Part shown: positions 9,563-19,529 of the stretch, piece by piece | How positions within the stretch are numbered: position 1 is the stretch's first letter | Layout: each line of letters begins with the position of its first letter | DNA from: Pygmaiobacter sp. | GTDB taxonomy: Bacteria; Bacillota; Clostridia; Oscillospirales; Ruminococcaceae | Assembly: GCA_028689835.1 (NCBI GenBank) | Contig: JAQVCK010000001.1 | Location: forward strand, 3,394 to 67,393 | DNA length: 64,000 nt | Direction of reading: 5' to 3' | Notes under the pieces: model-generated | Databases searched by the model: none | Seen by the model: only the letters and a program-made list of their open reading frames with translations | Told to the model about the DNA's origin: nothing | Program-made: the position numbers and the translations under genes

Positions 9563-11060
9563 CCGAAAGGCTGATAAAGCATGCTGGTTTTCACCCTGTA
9601 GCTGCACACACCCGCCGGGCAGCGGGTAACGGCTTTGGGCAACCCGCTGCCATTTTTATCACTTGGTTGGCGGTGGTGTTATGTGAAGGTTGAACTTTCC
9701 CCCTGTCTACCTGCCTGCGGTGTAACAAACAGTTGGCTGCACCCCGGGGCTTGCACCATCAACGCTTTTACCCACCTTGTCTGCCTTATTCTCTTTTGCC
9801 GCGCTTACCCGCCTTGCTTTTTTTGCCTGCCGTTTGTGGGGGCTATTTTGTGGCCCTGCCGCTTGTTCACCATTAGCGGGGGACCGCTTGCGGTAACCTG
9901 CCTTGCCTCTGTTTAACAGATAAGCGACCTTCCGTTTTGTGGGCTTGCTGCCGCTTACTCTTTCCTCTTTGGGGGCGATTGCCGCCCTTTATTGCCCTGC
10001 TTGGGCCCCGGCCTTTTGTCTCAACTTTATAGGCCGCGATAAAGTCTCCCCTGCTTCTGCCATGGGTGCCCCATCTTTTTTAGTCTCTGCCACTGTGTGG
10101 GCAAACAACCGCCGCTTGGTTTTAGCCCATTTTTATTTGCTTGGCGGCGCTTTGCTCTAAAAAGGGGCTGGCACAACCACTTTTTACTTTGCCCTGTACT
10201 GCTCACAACCCATGGGGTCTGCCTTTGCACTGCACCAAAGAAACGTTATTAGCCTTTGGTTTGCCTTTTTTGTACCCCGCCGGGGGCAAACTATGCCCTA
10301 ACACCGCTCTCTTCCCTCTTCCCGGTGCGTTTGCCAGTTTGTTATAAGAGGGTTCTGCTTTCTGCCGGGCAGAGCTGAAAACGATTGCTTGCGGCTTCCC
10401 CCTATTTTTTGCCCTAGCCATCCATAACGTGTCAACCCCCTTCGTTTGCCCCATCTATCGCAGAGGGCATAAATGCATTTCCCCGGTTGGTGGCCAGTTG
10501 GCCGCCTTGCCCTTTTCTAAATTCAAAAAGTTATGTTAAAAAACATCTGCGCCGGCGCGCGGCATCAAATAAGTTTAGCTGGCCCCGGCGTTATCTGCTT
10601 GCCCGGCGCGGCATACCCCTGCCAAGCAGGCACTCTGCATGCGTGGCAGCTACTTTTCCACCGGCAAGACCACTTATTGTTAAAAACAATTCGCGTTCAG
10701 TGTTCACCCATTCACCAGTACCTTATTCCTATTTTTCCATTACCTCTTTTTTGCCCGGCAGCTCTTTTGGCTGTTCAAAACGTAATCGTTTTCAGCTTTT
10801 TAGTTTTGCTTGCAACCTGGCATACCGCTAACCAGCTGGCACCCGGCCATAAGCGTACTAAAAAATAGCCTGCCCATTTGTTGCAAGCAGTGCCCCCACG
10901 CCAAAGGGGTTTACAATTTGCAGGGTGCTGCTGGCCACCCTACTAGTCCCGCTAAATGCGCCCAACAAAAGCGCTTAAAAAACAAGTTGCATCCCCCCTT
11001 CTTTTGCTGTGTAACACAACGCCAACGCCGGGCAAAGTTTCCCCCGACGCATCAGAACAA

Positions 11061-11620
11061 TGTTGAAAACTTTTTAGAGCGGTTGTTATTCGCCTCTTTT
11101 TTACAACCGCCAAAAAAAGGCACCACTCGCTTATCTTGGGGTGGTGCCGGGTACTACCCCAAGATAGGTAGGCAGGTGCCGGGCAGGGCGGCAGATAGGG
11201 TGCCGATGTGGACAAAAAAGTTTTCAACACCACAACTGCCGATTGTTTAAAACAGGGCCAAAAACAACCTGTTTTAGTTTTAACAGCCCCGGTAAGCGTA
11301 AAACGAAATACCTGTTTTTTGGCTTTGCACTGCGGTTTTTTTGAGGTTTTTAAACTAATTACCGCCATGCCGTGTTGCCAGCTGGTTTTAAGGGTTTTAA
11401 AAAAGTTTTCAACATTCCACCGCCCCATCGTGGAAAAAACAAAGTCAAACGCTCTACTTGGTTTCCCCCCTGTGCCACCCTAAAACTTCTCCCCCTGGCA
11501 CCAGAAACAGGGACAAACCCCCGCTCTATTGTGGCACAGCCGCACCGGCTGTTTTTTGTGGTACTGCGTTTTCTGGCCCCGGTTTTCAACAAAGCAAGGG
11601 CGGCCTGTTGAAAACTTTTT
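11061..11620. repeat. Four exact copies of the 15-mer AAAAAGTTTTCAACA (DnaA-box-like core TTTTCAACA)
   Basis: Copies at 11061-11075 (reverse), 11215-11229 (forward), 11400-11414 (forward), 11606-11620 (reverse); extra box-like 9-mers at 11207, 11244, 11429, 11583. Confidence 0.85.
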
Positions 11621-11661
11621 GCTTCAACAGGCCGCCCTTTTTCTAGGTTTTTATCCCACTT

Positions 11662-12363
11662 TTATTTTAGGGGGGCTTTTGCAATTTTACCACCGTTGCG
11701 CGGGTAGACCGGCGGGGTGGGTGCCGTCTTGCGCAACACAATTAAACTGTGCTGTTCGCCGCCGGGCAAATCTGCACTGCGCAGCTCTACCAAGCTGCCG
11801 CCCAGCTTTGCGATGGCGGGCAGTGCCTCTTGCAATTCCTCTTGCGCGGTTTCGCCTTTCATCGCAATAAAGTAACCGCCCACCCGCACCAGCGGCAGGC
11901 AATACTCCGCCAGCTTGTTCAGCCGCGCCACCGCACGGGCCGTCGCCACATCAAAGCTTTCGCGCCACTGCTTGCGGGCGGCTTCTTCCGCACGCTCTTT
12001 TAAAAAGTCTGCCTTTAACCCCAGCTCACCGCACAAATAACGCAAAAAGTCCACCCGTTTGCCGGTCGGCTCTAACAGCGTTAACTGTAACTCTTGCTTA
12101 TACAGTTTTGCCACCACCCCGGGGAAGCCTGCCCCGGTACCCACGTCCACCAGCTTACCGGCAACCTCCGGCTGGGCGGCCAGCAACAGCGAATCCAAAA
12201 AATGCTTCATTTCAACGCCTTCGGGGTCGGTGATTGCGGTCAGGTTTACCTTTTTGTTGTAATCCACCAGCAGGGTGGCGTACTGGTCCAGTGCGTCGGC
12301 AATGCCCTCTACCGCAAGGCCGCGCGCGGCGGCGGCGGCAATCAGCCGCTGTTTATTGATCAT
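11662..12363 (-). CDS. rsmG: 16S rRNA m7G527 methyltransferase
   Basis: NKKVNLTAIT, KHFLDSL, DVGTGAGFPG, ATARAVA, PRNGGKIAKAPL. Confidence 0.96.
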   Translation of the reverse strand: MINKQRLIAAAAARGLAVEGIADALDQYATLLVDYNKKVNLTAITDPEGVEMKHFLDSLLLAAQPEVAGKLVDVGTGAGFPGVVAKLYKQELQLTLLEPTGKRVDFLRYLCGELGLKADFLKERAEEAARKQWRESFDVATARAVARLNKLAEYCLPLVRVGGYFIAMKGETAQEELQEALPAIAKLGGSLVELRSADLPGGEQHSLIVLRKTAPTPPVYPRNGGKIAKAPLK

Positions 12364-14248
12364 CGGTGTGTTTTCTCCCCTCTTTTGCGCGCCATGCGGC
12401 AAGCTCTACCGACAGCACGGCAATGTCCGCCGGGTTGACCCCGGGGATGCGGGCGGCCTGCCCCAAATTTGCGGGCTGGATTTTTGCCAGCTTTTCACGC
12501 GCTTCCAGCCGGATACCGGTGATGTTGTCATAGGCAAACCCCGCCGGGATTTTGACCGACTCCTGCTTTTGCAGCGACTGTATTTTTTGCTGCTGACGGC
12601 GGATATACCCCTCGTACTTCACTTCGGTCTCCAGCTGGGCGGCAACATGCAGGTTGACCCCCGGCCCCGGGCCGATGAGCGAGACGAGGTCGGTATAGCT
12701 GATGGCCGGGCGGCGCAACAGCTCGAGCGCACTGGCACCGCTGATGAGCGGCGGCTCGCCACGGGCGGCCAGCAGGTCGTTTGCCTCTACCGGGCGCAGC
12801 ACCCTTGCGGCAAGGCGGGTCAGCTCTGCCTTGCGGGCATCGGTGTCGGCGGTAAACTGTGCCCAGCGCGCGTCACTTACAAGGCCAATCTCGCGCCCAA
12901 GCGGGGTGAGGCGCTCGTCGGCATTGTCCTGCCGCAGGGTTAACCGGTACTCGCTGCGGCTCGTCATCATGCGGTAGGGGTCCATTACGCCCTTGGTCAC
13001 TAGGTCGTCGATTAACGTGCCAATATAGCTGGTAGAGCGCCCCAGTGTCACCGGGGGCTTGCCCTGCACAAACCGCGCGGCGTTGATGCCGGCAATCAGC
13101 CCTTGGGCGGCGGCCTCCTCGTAACCGGAGGTACCGTTGAACTGCCCCGCGCCGTACAGGCCGGGCACGGTTTTAAAAACCAGTGAGGCATCCAGCTGCT
13201 GCGGGTCGCAGCAGTCATACTCAATTGCATAGGCCGGGCGCATGATTTCAATCTGCTCCAGCCCTGGGATGGTGCGGTAAAAGGCGTTTTGCACCTCTTC
13301 GGGCAGCGAGCTGCTCATGCCCTGCAAATACATCTCGTCGGTAAACTCGCCGCAGGGCTCTACAAAAATCTGGTGGCGGGGCTTATCGCGAAACCGCATC
13401 ACCTTATCTTCAATACTGGGGCAATAGCGCGGGCCAATGCCCTCTATTTTACCGCCGTACAGCGGCGAGCGGCCGATGTTGTCCAAAATAATGCGGTGGG
13501 TCTCCTCGTTGGTGTAGGTGATGTGGCAAACCATTTTATTTTTGGCGCCGCCCGGCGTCATAAAGCTAAACGGCACAACCGGCTCGTCGCCGTGCTGCAC
13601 CTCCATCTTGTCAAAGTTGATGCTGCGGCGGTTGGCGCGGGCCGGGGTGCCGGTTTTAAAGCGGCGCAATGCAATACCCAGCGCGCGCAGGCTGTCACTG
13701 AGGCCCACGGCGGCATGCTGGCCGTCCGGCCCGCTGGCATAGCTGGCTTCGCCCACAAAAATTTTGCCCGCAAGGTAGGTGCCGGTGGCAAGCACCACCG
13801 CACCCGCGGTGTACGCGGCCCCCAGCCGGGTGACGACACCGGTCACCTTGCCGTTTTGCGACAGCAGGCCGGTGATCTCCGCCTGTTTGAGCTGCAAATT
13901 CTCGGTGCGCTCAATCAGCAGTTTCATATATTCGTGATAGCGCTGGCGGTCACTTTGCACCCGCAGCGAGTGCACGGCCGGGCCTTTGCCCAAATTCAGC
14001 ATGCGGCTTTGCAAAAAGGTGGCGTCGGCGGCAATGCCCATCACCCCGCCCAGCGCATCCACTTCGCGCACCAAATGGCCTTTGGCCGTGCCGCCAATCG
14101 ACGGATTGCAGGGCATGTTGCCCACCCCGTCAAGGCTCATCGTAAACAGCGCCGTGCGGCAGCCCAACTTTGCGGCCGCCACAGCGGCCTCAATCCCGGC
14201 ATGCCCGGCACCCACCACAATCACATCATATTGTTCCAGAAGATCCAA
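12353..14248 (-). CDS. mnmG: tRNA uridine 5-carboxymethylaminomethyl modification enzyme MnmG (GidA)
   Basis: TTG start after a GAGGCGGG RBS; VGAGHAG FAD motif, MPCNPSIGG, GPRYCPSIEDK, GQFNGTSGYEEAAAQG, SRSEYRL. Confidence 0.97.
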   Translation of the reverse strand: MDLLEQYDVIVVGAGHAGIEAAVAAAKLGCRTALFTMSLDGVGNMPCNPSIGGTAKGHLVREVDALGGVMGIAADATFLQSRMLNLGKGPAVHSLRVQSDRQRYHEYMKLLIERTENLQLKQAEITGLLSQNGKVTGVVTRLGAAYTAGAVVLATGTYLAGKIFVGEASYASGPDGQHAAVGLSDSLRALGIALRRFKTGTPARANRRSINFDKMEVQHGDEPVVPFSFMTPGGAKNKMVCHITYTNEETHRIILDNIGRSPLYGGKIEGIGPRYCPSIEDKVMRFRDKPRHQIFVEPCGEFTDEMYLQGMSSSLPEEVQNAFYRTIPGLEQIEIMRPAYAIEYDCCDPQQLDASLVFKTVPGLYGAGQFNGTSGYEEAAAQGLIAGINAARFVQGKPPVTLGRSTSYIGTLIDDLVTKGVMDPYRMMTSRSEYRLTLRQDNADERLTPLGREIGLVSDARWAQFTADTDARKAELTRLAARVLRPVEANDLLAARGEPPLISGASALELLRRPAISYTDLVSLIGPGPGVNLHVAAQLETEVKYEGYIRRQQQKIQSLQKQESVKIPAGFAYDNITGIRLEAREKLAKIQPANLGQAARIPGVNPADIAVLSVELAAWRAKEGRKHTDDQ

Positions 14249-14360
14249 CGTCCCCGCCTCGCTTTTCTGTTTGGGCCGTTTGCAGCCCAAAAATCCACCA
14301 GTGCGCCGCAGTTTTCAACACAAACACCCCGTGCCGGTGGAAAACTGCGGCGCACCCTTT

Positions 14361-15734
14361 TTATTTGCCCACGCAGAACCGTGAAAACACATCGTCAATG
14401 ACCGCGTCGCTGGCGCGCTCGCCGGTCAGCTCGTACAGCGCATCCAGCGCGTCATCCACACAAACCGAAACCGCGTCCAACGCAAACCCCGCCTGCTGTG
14501 CCGCCTGTGCTTCGGCGAGTGCCTGCTGCGCGCGCACCGCGGCGGCGCGCTGCCGCTCGTTTGCCAGCAGTGCAGCGTCCGGGTCCACATGGGATGTTTC
14601 GATTAAATCCATTATAGCCTGCCGCAGCCGGGGCGAAAACCCCTCTTCTTTGGCACTCAATTCCACCACCGCGTGAAAACGGGGCGCAATGGCGGCAATA
14701 TCGGCGGCGCGGGGCAGGTCGGTTTTGTTGCATACCGCAATGGCCAGCCGCCCGCGGCAACGCTGCGCCAAGGCAAGGTCATCGCCGGTCAGCGGGCGGG
14801 ACGCATCAAACACTGCCAAAATCAGGTTGGCCTCCTCCAGCTTTTGCTGGCTGCGGCGGATGCCCTCTGCCTCCACCGGATCCTGCGTGTCGCGCAGGCC
14901 TGCGGTATCGGCCAGCAACAGCGTGGTGCCCGCAAGCGATACATCCTGCTCCACCACATCGCGCGTCGTGCCGGCAATGGGGGTGACAATCGCCTTTTCA
15001 AACCCGCTCATCAGGTTCAGCAGCGTGCTTTTGCCCACGTTGGGGCTGCCCACAATGGCGGTGCGCACCCCGCGGCGTAAAATGCTGCCGCTCTCGTAAT
15101 TTGCAAGCAACTCTTCCAGCTCGCCGCGCGCCGCGGCAAGGGTGGTGGCAAGGGCCGTATCAGACAGCTCTTCCACGTCTTCTTCCGGGTAATCGGTATA
15201 GGCGGCAATGTGCCCGGCAAGGGTAGTCAACTGCCCTGCCACCCCGCTAATTTTGCGGTAAAGCGCCCCCTGCATGGCGGCGGCGGCAGCGCGGGTACCC
15301 GCTTCGCCGGTGGCCTCAATCATCTCCATCACCGCTTCGGCCTGTGTCAGTGAAATGCGGCCGTTTAAAAAGGCGCGGCGGGTAAATTCGCCCGCGGCGG
15401 CAGGGGCCGCACCCGCATCATAGCAGGCGGCAAGCAATTCTTTGGTAATCGCTTCGCCCCCGTGTACCGAAAGCTCTACCACCTCTTCACCGGTATAACT
15501 TTTGGGCGCGCGGAAACAAAGGGCAACCGCTTCGTCCATGCGGCGGCTACCACGTGAAAAGCTGCCGTAAAATGCGGTGTATCCCTTTGCCTTGGCCAAA
15601 CTGCGGCGGGGGTTTGCCGGGGTAAAAACCGCAGCGGCAACCGCATAGGCCGCGGGGCCCGAAATGCGAACGCAAGAAATACCCGCGCGCCCAGCCGCAG
15701 TGGCAATGGCGGCAATCGTCTCCTGATGCTGCAT
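14361..15734 (-). CDS. mnmE: tRNA modification GTPase MnmE (TrmE)
   Basis: ETIAAIAT, APKSYTGE, GEFTRRAFLNG, GSPNVGKSTL, GTTRD, DTAGLR, NKTD, C-terminal FCVGK; the ORF-track N-terminal extension is spurious. Confidence 0.97.
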   Translation of the reverse strand: MQHQETIAAIATAAGRAGISCVRISGPAAYAVAAAVFTPANPRRSLAKAKGYTAFYGSFSRGSRRMDEAVALCFRAPKSYTGEEVVELSVHGGEAITKELLAACYDAGAAPAAAGEFTRRAFLNGRISLTQAEAVMEMIEATGEAGTRAAAAAMQGALYRKISGVAGQLTTLAGHIAAYTDYPEEDVEELSDTALATTLAAARGELEELLANYESGSILRRGVRTAIVGSPNVGKSTLLNLMSGFEKAIVTPIAGTTRDVVEQDVSLAGTTLLLADTAGLRDTQDPVEAEGIRRSQQKLEEANLILAVFDASRPLTGDDLALAQRCRGRLAIAVCNKTDLPRAADIAAIAPRFHAVVELSAKEEGFSPRLRQAIMDLIETSHVDPDAALLANERQRAAAVRAQQALAEAQAAQQAGFALDAVSVCVDDALDALYELTGERASDAVIDDVFSRFCVGK

Positions 15735-15819
15735 TGTGTTTTCCCTCCCAAACAAAATGGCGGCCGGGGCCCCCGCGTCAAACGGGGGCGATCCCTGACC
15801 GCCCGGTTTTCGTGCTCGT

Positions 15820-16842
15820 TTACAGCTCGATTTTGCCATACAGCGGCAAATCAAAGCTATCGTCAATGCCCTCGGTGCGCGGTGCGGCCTCGGCAGCACC
15901 ATCGGCTTTGGGCTGCGGGCGCGGGGGGCGCGGGGGTGCTTCTCTGCGCGGGGTGCGCTCGGCATTGTTTGTGCCACGGCCACCACCCTTGCCTCCCCGG
16001 CGGGGTGCACGGCTGCGGTCACGGTCGCTGCGCGGTTTGTCCTGCTGGGCATTGGCCGCAGTAGACCGCACCACCACCCGGCGGGCAGCACCCTCCCCGG
16101 TGGATTCACTGACAAGGTCTTGCATCTCGCTGATGGTCGAGTGGATGATGCGCCGCTCGTACGGGTTCATCGGCTCAAAAATATGGCTGCGGCCGGTTTT
16201 TTGTACCTTACTGCCCACGCGTTTTGCCAGTGAAGCAAGGTCCTTTTCGCGCTTGGCGCGGTAGCCTGCAACATCAAGACCAATTTTTTCGTACTCGCCT
16301 TCCCCACGGTTGGCGGCAAGGCTGACAAGGTAACTCAGCGCTTCCATGGTTTCGCCGCGGCGGCCAATCAGTACCCCAACACTGGGGCCTTCGACCTTCA
16401 AAATGGTCGCACCGCCCGTGCGCACCGGGGTGACGGTCAAATCTTTTGCACCCATACCTGCGGCAACGGTGGTAAAAAACTGCACTGCAACGTCAATTTT
16501 TTCACCGGTGGCGGGCTCTTCTGTCGGGGCTTCCTGCTCTGCGGCAGGCGCTGGGGCCACAGGGGCCTTAGCAGGTTCTGGTGTGGGGGCCGCCTCTTTG
16601 CGGGGCGGTGCTTTGGGCGCAGCCTCTGCTGGCTGCTCTTTTTTCACTGCGCTCGCCGGGGCATGCTCCTTCTGCTCCTGCTCCAGGGTGATTTTCACCT
16701 TGGCAGGGGTGGAGGAAAAAAACCGGCGGGCAGGCATCTCCAGCACTTCAACCGAGATTTCATCGCTTGAAAACCCATATTCGTCGCAAGCCTGTTCAAT
16801 CGCTTGCTCGACTGTCTTCCCGGTTACGATCCATTCGCTCAT
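15820..16842 (-). CDS. jag: RNA-binding protein Jag/EloR/KhpB
   Basis: GKTVEQAI Jag-N domain, KH domain LIGRRGETMEAL, R3H motif MNPYERRIIH. Confidence 0.93.
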   Translation of the reverse strand: MSEWIVTGKTVEQAIEQACDEYGFSSDEISVEVLEMPARRFFSSTPAKVKITLEQEQKEHAPASAVKKEQPAEAAPKAPPRKEAAPTPEPAKAPVAPAPAAEQEAPTEEPATGEKIDVAVQFFTTVAAGMGAKDLTVTPVRTGGATILKVEGPSVGVLIGRRGETMEALSYLVSLAANRGEGEYEKIGLDVAGYRAKREKDLASLAKRVGSKVQKTGRSHIFEPMNPYERRIIHSTISEMQDLVSESTGEGAARRVVVRSTAANAQQDKPRSDRDRSRAPRRGGKGGGRGTNNAERTPRREAPPRPPRPQPKADGAAEAAPRTEGIDDSFDLPLYGKIEL

Positions 16843-16887
16843 GGTCGTTGCTCCTCTCTATTTTCACCGTCACCTAGGGCAACGGGT

Positions 16888-18045
16888 TTATTCATCCTCC
16901 AAGTGCTGCTTTTCGCTCTCTTCTTTTTCCTGCTCCAGCAAAGTTTCCGTCGCATCTTTCGACGGGGCACTTTTTTTACCCTTTTTGCGGCTCTTTGCCT
17001 CTTCCTCTTGGGCGGCGCGCTCCTCCTCGGTCAGCGGGGCGGTGCGCTCATCGGCATAGCGGGCGGCATCCAGCTCACGGGCACGCTGCAAGCGCAGGCT
17101 GGCAAGCTCGGATTCCGTGACATCCTTTTTCATTTCTTCGCCGCTCTCCGTTTTGACGGTGACCTGTTTTTTTGCCTTTTTGGCTTTGCGTTTTTCTTCA
17201 ATCTCTTCCGCAATCTGCTGTTTCATCTTCGCAGGGTCATAAACCTTGCGGGCCACGAGGCTCTCAACAATCATCAACAGGTTCGACACGGTGTAGTACA
17301 AGCTAAAGCCGACCGGCACGGTAAAGCCGACGAAAATAAACATCGCGCTCATAATCCACGGGGTGTACTTCATACTGCCCTGTAGCTGCTGGCCGCTGGT
17401 TTTCTGAATCACGATTTGGCTGCCAATCATCGTGAGCACCGACAGCACCGGGAAGACCAGCGTCTGCCAACCGGCAAGGCTGATGGTCGGCATGGCAACA
17501 AGGTTCAGGTTGCCCCAAAACACGTTAAAGCCTTTGATCAGGCCAACGGCTTGCTCGCCCAGCGCGGCGATGACGCCGCTATTGCCTGCCAGCACAGCAC
17601 CAATAATTTTACTCTGCTGCGCATACCCGCCTGCAATATTGCCTGCGGTGGCGGCAGCATCCAACAAATCGGTAGAAATATGCAAAATATAGGTCAGCGG
17701 GCGGTAAACGACCTCAATGATGCCGAACAACACGACCATGTTCAGCACCATCGGCAGGCAGCCGGCAGTCGGCGAATAGCCGTACTCCTGCTGCATCTTC
17801 ATCATTTCTTCCTGCTGGCGCTTTTGATCCTTGGCATATTTCTTCTGGATCTCCTGGATCATCGGCTGGTAGGCCGCCATGCGGGCGGTGGATTTTTGCT
17901 GTTTGATGCGCAGGGGGAACATCAGCAAGCGCAGCACCAAGGTAAACAGCACCAGCGACAAGCCGTAGTCACTGACGATGTATTTGTAGATGAACTCCAT
18001 GACATACCCAAGAGGGCCGCCTAAAATACCAAAAAAACTCGACAT
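16888..18045 (-). CDS. yidC: Membrane protein insertase YidC/SpoIIIJ
   Basis: YGLSLVLFTLVLRLLMFPL, QPMIQEIQKKY, PTAGCLPM; long charged C-tail. Confidence 0.93.
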   Translation of the reverse strand: MSSFFGILGGPLGYVMEFIYKYIVSDYGLSLVLFTLVLRLLMFPLRIKQQKSTARMAAYQPMIQEIQKKYAKDQKRQQEEMMKMQQEYGYSPTAGCLPMVLNMVVLFGIIEVVYRPLTYILHISTDLLDAAATAGNIAGGYAQQSKIIGAVLAGNSGVIAALGEQAVGLIKGFNVFWGNLNLVAMPTISLAGWQTLVFPVLSVLTMIGSQIVIQKTSGQQLQGSMKYTPWIMSAMFIFVGFTVPVGFSLYYTVSNLLMIVESLVARKVYDPAKMKQQIAEEIEEKRKAKKAKKQVTVKTESGEEMKKDVTESELASLRLQRARELDAARYADERTAPLTEEERAAQEEEAKSRKKGKKSAPSKDATETLLEQEKEESEKQHLEDE

Positions 18046-18124
18046 ATTGACATCCTCACTGCCGCGGCAAGCGCGGCCTGATAGTATAAAACAAACGCGG
18101 CCAAATTACCGCCTTTGTCGCGCC

Positions 18125-18382
18125 CTAGTGGCGCTTTTCTAGGTTTCGCTCGTCGCTGCGCCAACGGCCCTTTTCCGGTACGGGGTCATAACCGCGGCGC
18201 CCAAATGGGTTGCAGCGCAAAATACGCCAAATGCTCAGCAGGCCGCCCTTTAAAATGCCGTGGCGCTCCACTGCCTCCATCGCGTATTCGCTGCAAGTAG
18301 GTAAAAACCTGCAATTATTGCCAAGCGAAGGAGAGATGTACTTTTTGTAGCCCCGCAGCAGGGCAAGTACCAGCTTTTTCAT
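18125..18382 (-). CDS. yidD: Membrane protein insertion efficiency factor
   Basis: YKKYISP, CRFLPTCSEYA, RILRCNPF...GYDPVP. Confidence 0.94.
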   Translation of the reverse strand: MKKLVLALLRGYKKYISPSLGNNCRFLPTCSEYAMEAVERHGILKGGLLSIWRILRCNPFGRRGYDPVPEKGRWRSDERNLEKRH

Positions 18383-18714
18383 GGTACCAGCAGCCCGGCT
18401 GCCGCAAGATGCGCGTGCATCGCCTGTGCGACCTTTTGCATCTTGACCTTTGTTGTTGCGGTGCGGGCAACAAAGATAATGTCGACATTTTTTGTCTTGT
18501 CGACCCCGGCGGCATAGTACGCCTCGCGGATGACCCGCCGCGCGCGCACGCGCTGCACCGCGCCGCCGATTTTTTTACTGGTGGTAATGCCCAGGCGTAC
18601 CCCGCCACGTTTGCGGGGCAGCACATAGGTGACGACAAACGGGCTGACGTAGGATTTTCCCCTGCGGTAAGTGCGGGCAAAATCCCCATTGCGAGTGATT
18701 GAACGGTAGCGCAA
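18379..18714 (-). CDS. rnpA: RNase P protein component
   Basis: GITTSKKIGGAVQRVRARR (RNR motif variant); conserved position after rpmH. Confidence 0.92.
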   Translation of the reverse strand: MRYRSITRNGDFARTYRRGKSYVSPFVVTYVLPRKRGGVRLGITTSKKIGGAVQRVRARRVIREAYYAAGVDKTKNVDIIFVARTATTKVKMQKVAQAMHAHLAAAGLLVP

Positions 18715-18817
18715 ATTTCAGCCCCCCCATACTGCGTTTTCCCTCGTAAGACAAAAAGGCCACCTGCGGCGGCCCTTTTGGGGTGGGGAAGACGGGCGAC
18801 CGCCAATTCTTTTTGAA

Positions 18818-18952
18818 TCAGACGGCAAGCTTTGCACGGCCTTTGGTGCGGCGTGCGGCGATGACCTTGCGGCCACTTTTGCTTTTCATTCTGCTGAGAA
18901 AGCCATGCTCACGGGTGCGCTGGCGTTTCTTGGGCTGGAAAGTTCTTTTCAT
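18818..18952 (-). CDS. rpmH: 50S ribosomal protein L34
   Basis: Manual translation [44 protein letters not shown]; GGAGG RBS. Confidence 0.97.
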   Translation of the reverse strand: MKRTFQPKKRQRTREHGFLSRMKSKSGRKVIAARRTKGRAKLAV

Positions 18953-19075
18953 GTTCTGTTCCTCCAATCAAGGTCTGCCCTGGCGGGCGTTATGTGTACG
19001 CCGGTCTTGGGGCGTTACATCGCAGTTACACTACATTTTGCCAAATTTACAAAATGTATAGCCTTGCAAAATAAA

Positions 19076-19105
19076 AGTATAGCCTAAACTTCTTTGTGCT
19101 GTCAA
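19076..19105 (-). promoter_or_regulatory. rpmH promoter
   Basis: TTGACA-N18-TATACT on the minus strand. Confidence 0.65.
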
Positions 19106-19277
19106 TACTTTTTGCAGTTTCTGTACTGGCCGCGGCGGCAAGGCAGGCTTTAAAAAACCTAAAATCACCCCGTTTTCACCTGTTGCAAGGCACCCATGGT
19201 ACCTTGCTATTTGCACCGCCTTATAGATAGAAGTTATTTGTCTATATTATACTATTGATAAAAGTGCCTTGTGGTAG

Positions 19278-19306
19278 TTGTATGGCGGCGAAATTTATGC
19301 TATAAT
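19278..19306 (+). promoter_or_regulatory. dnaA promoter
   Basis: TTGTAT-N17-TATAAT with extended TG. Confidence 0.7.
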
Positions 19307-19529
19307 TGCAAAAACAGGACAACTGCCCGCGCGGGCCGGTATCACGGTGCCCGGCGGGCAGAAAAACGGTTTTTAGGTTTTTTGGGGGTGCGTCGTACCA
19401 AGTTGGCGCAGAATTACTTAAAAACCTGTTTTTTTTTGTTTTTCCGGTCACCGGCTTTGCATGCGGCGGCCGTTTCGTTGCCTCCTGCCCCGGGAAACAA
19501 TTTATATTTTGGGAGTGTGTCTGACAACT

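Noticed and set aside
9600-11050. Possible noc pseudogene or hidden protein gene
   Set aside because: The minus-strand frames I translated (part of the interval) and the ORF track showed no ParB/Noc motifs or sustained ORF; a tblastn would be needed to exclude a very decayed remnant.
11061-11620. CRISPR-like interpretation of the 15-mer repeats
   Set aside because: The repeats are too short, in mixed orientation and 150-210 bp apart, and there are no cas genes.
15735-16115. 127-aa N-terminal extension of the mnmE ORF in the ORF track
   Set aside because: It overlaps the jag 3' end; MnmE homology and an RBS begin at 15734.
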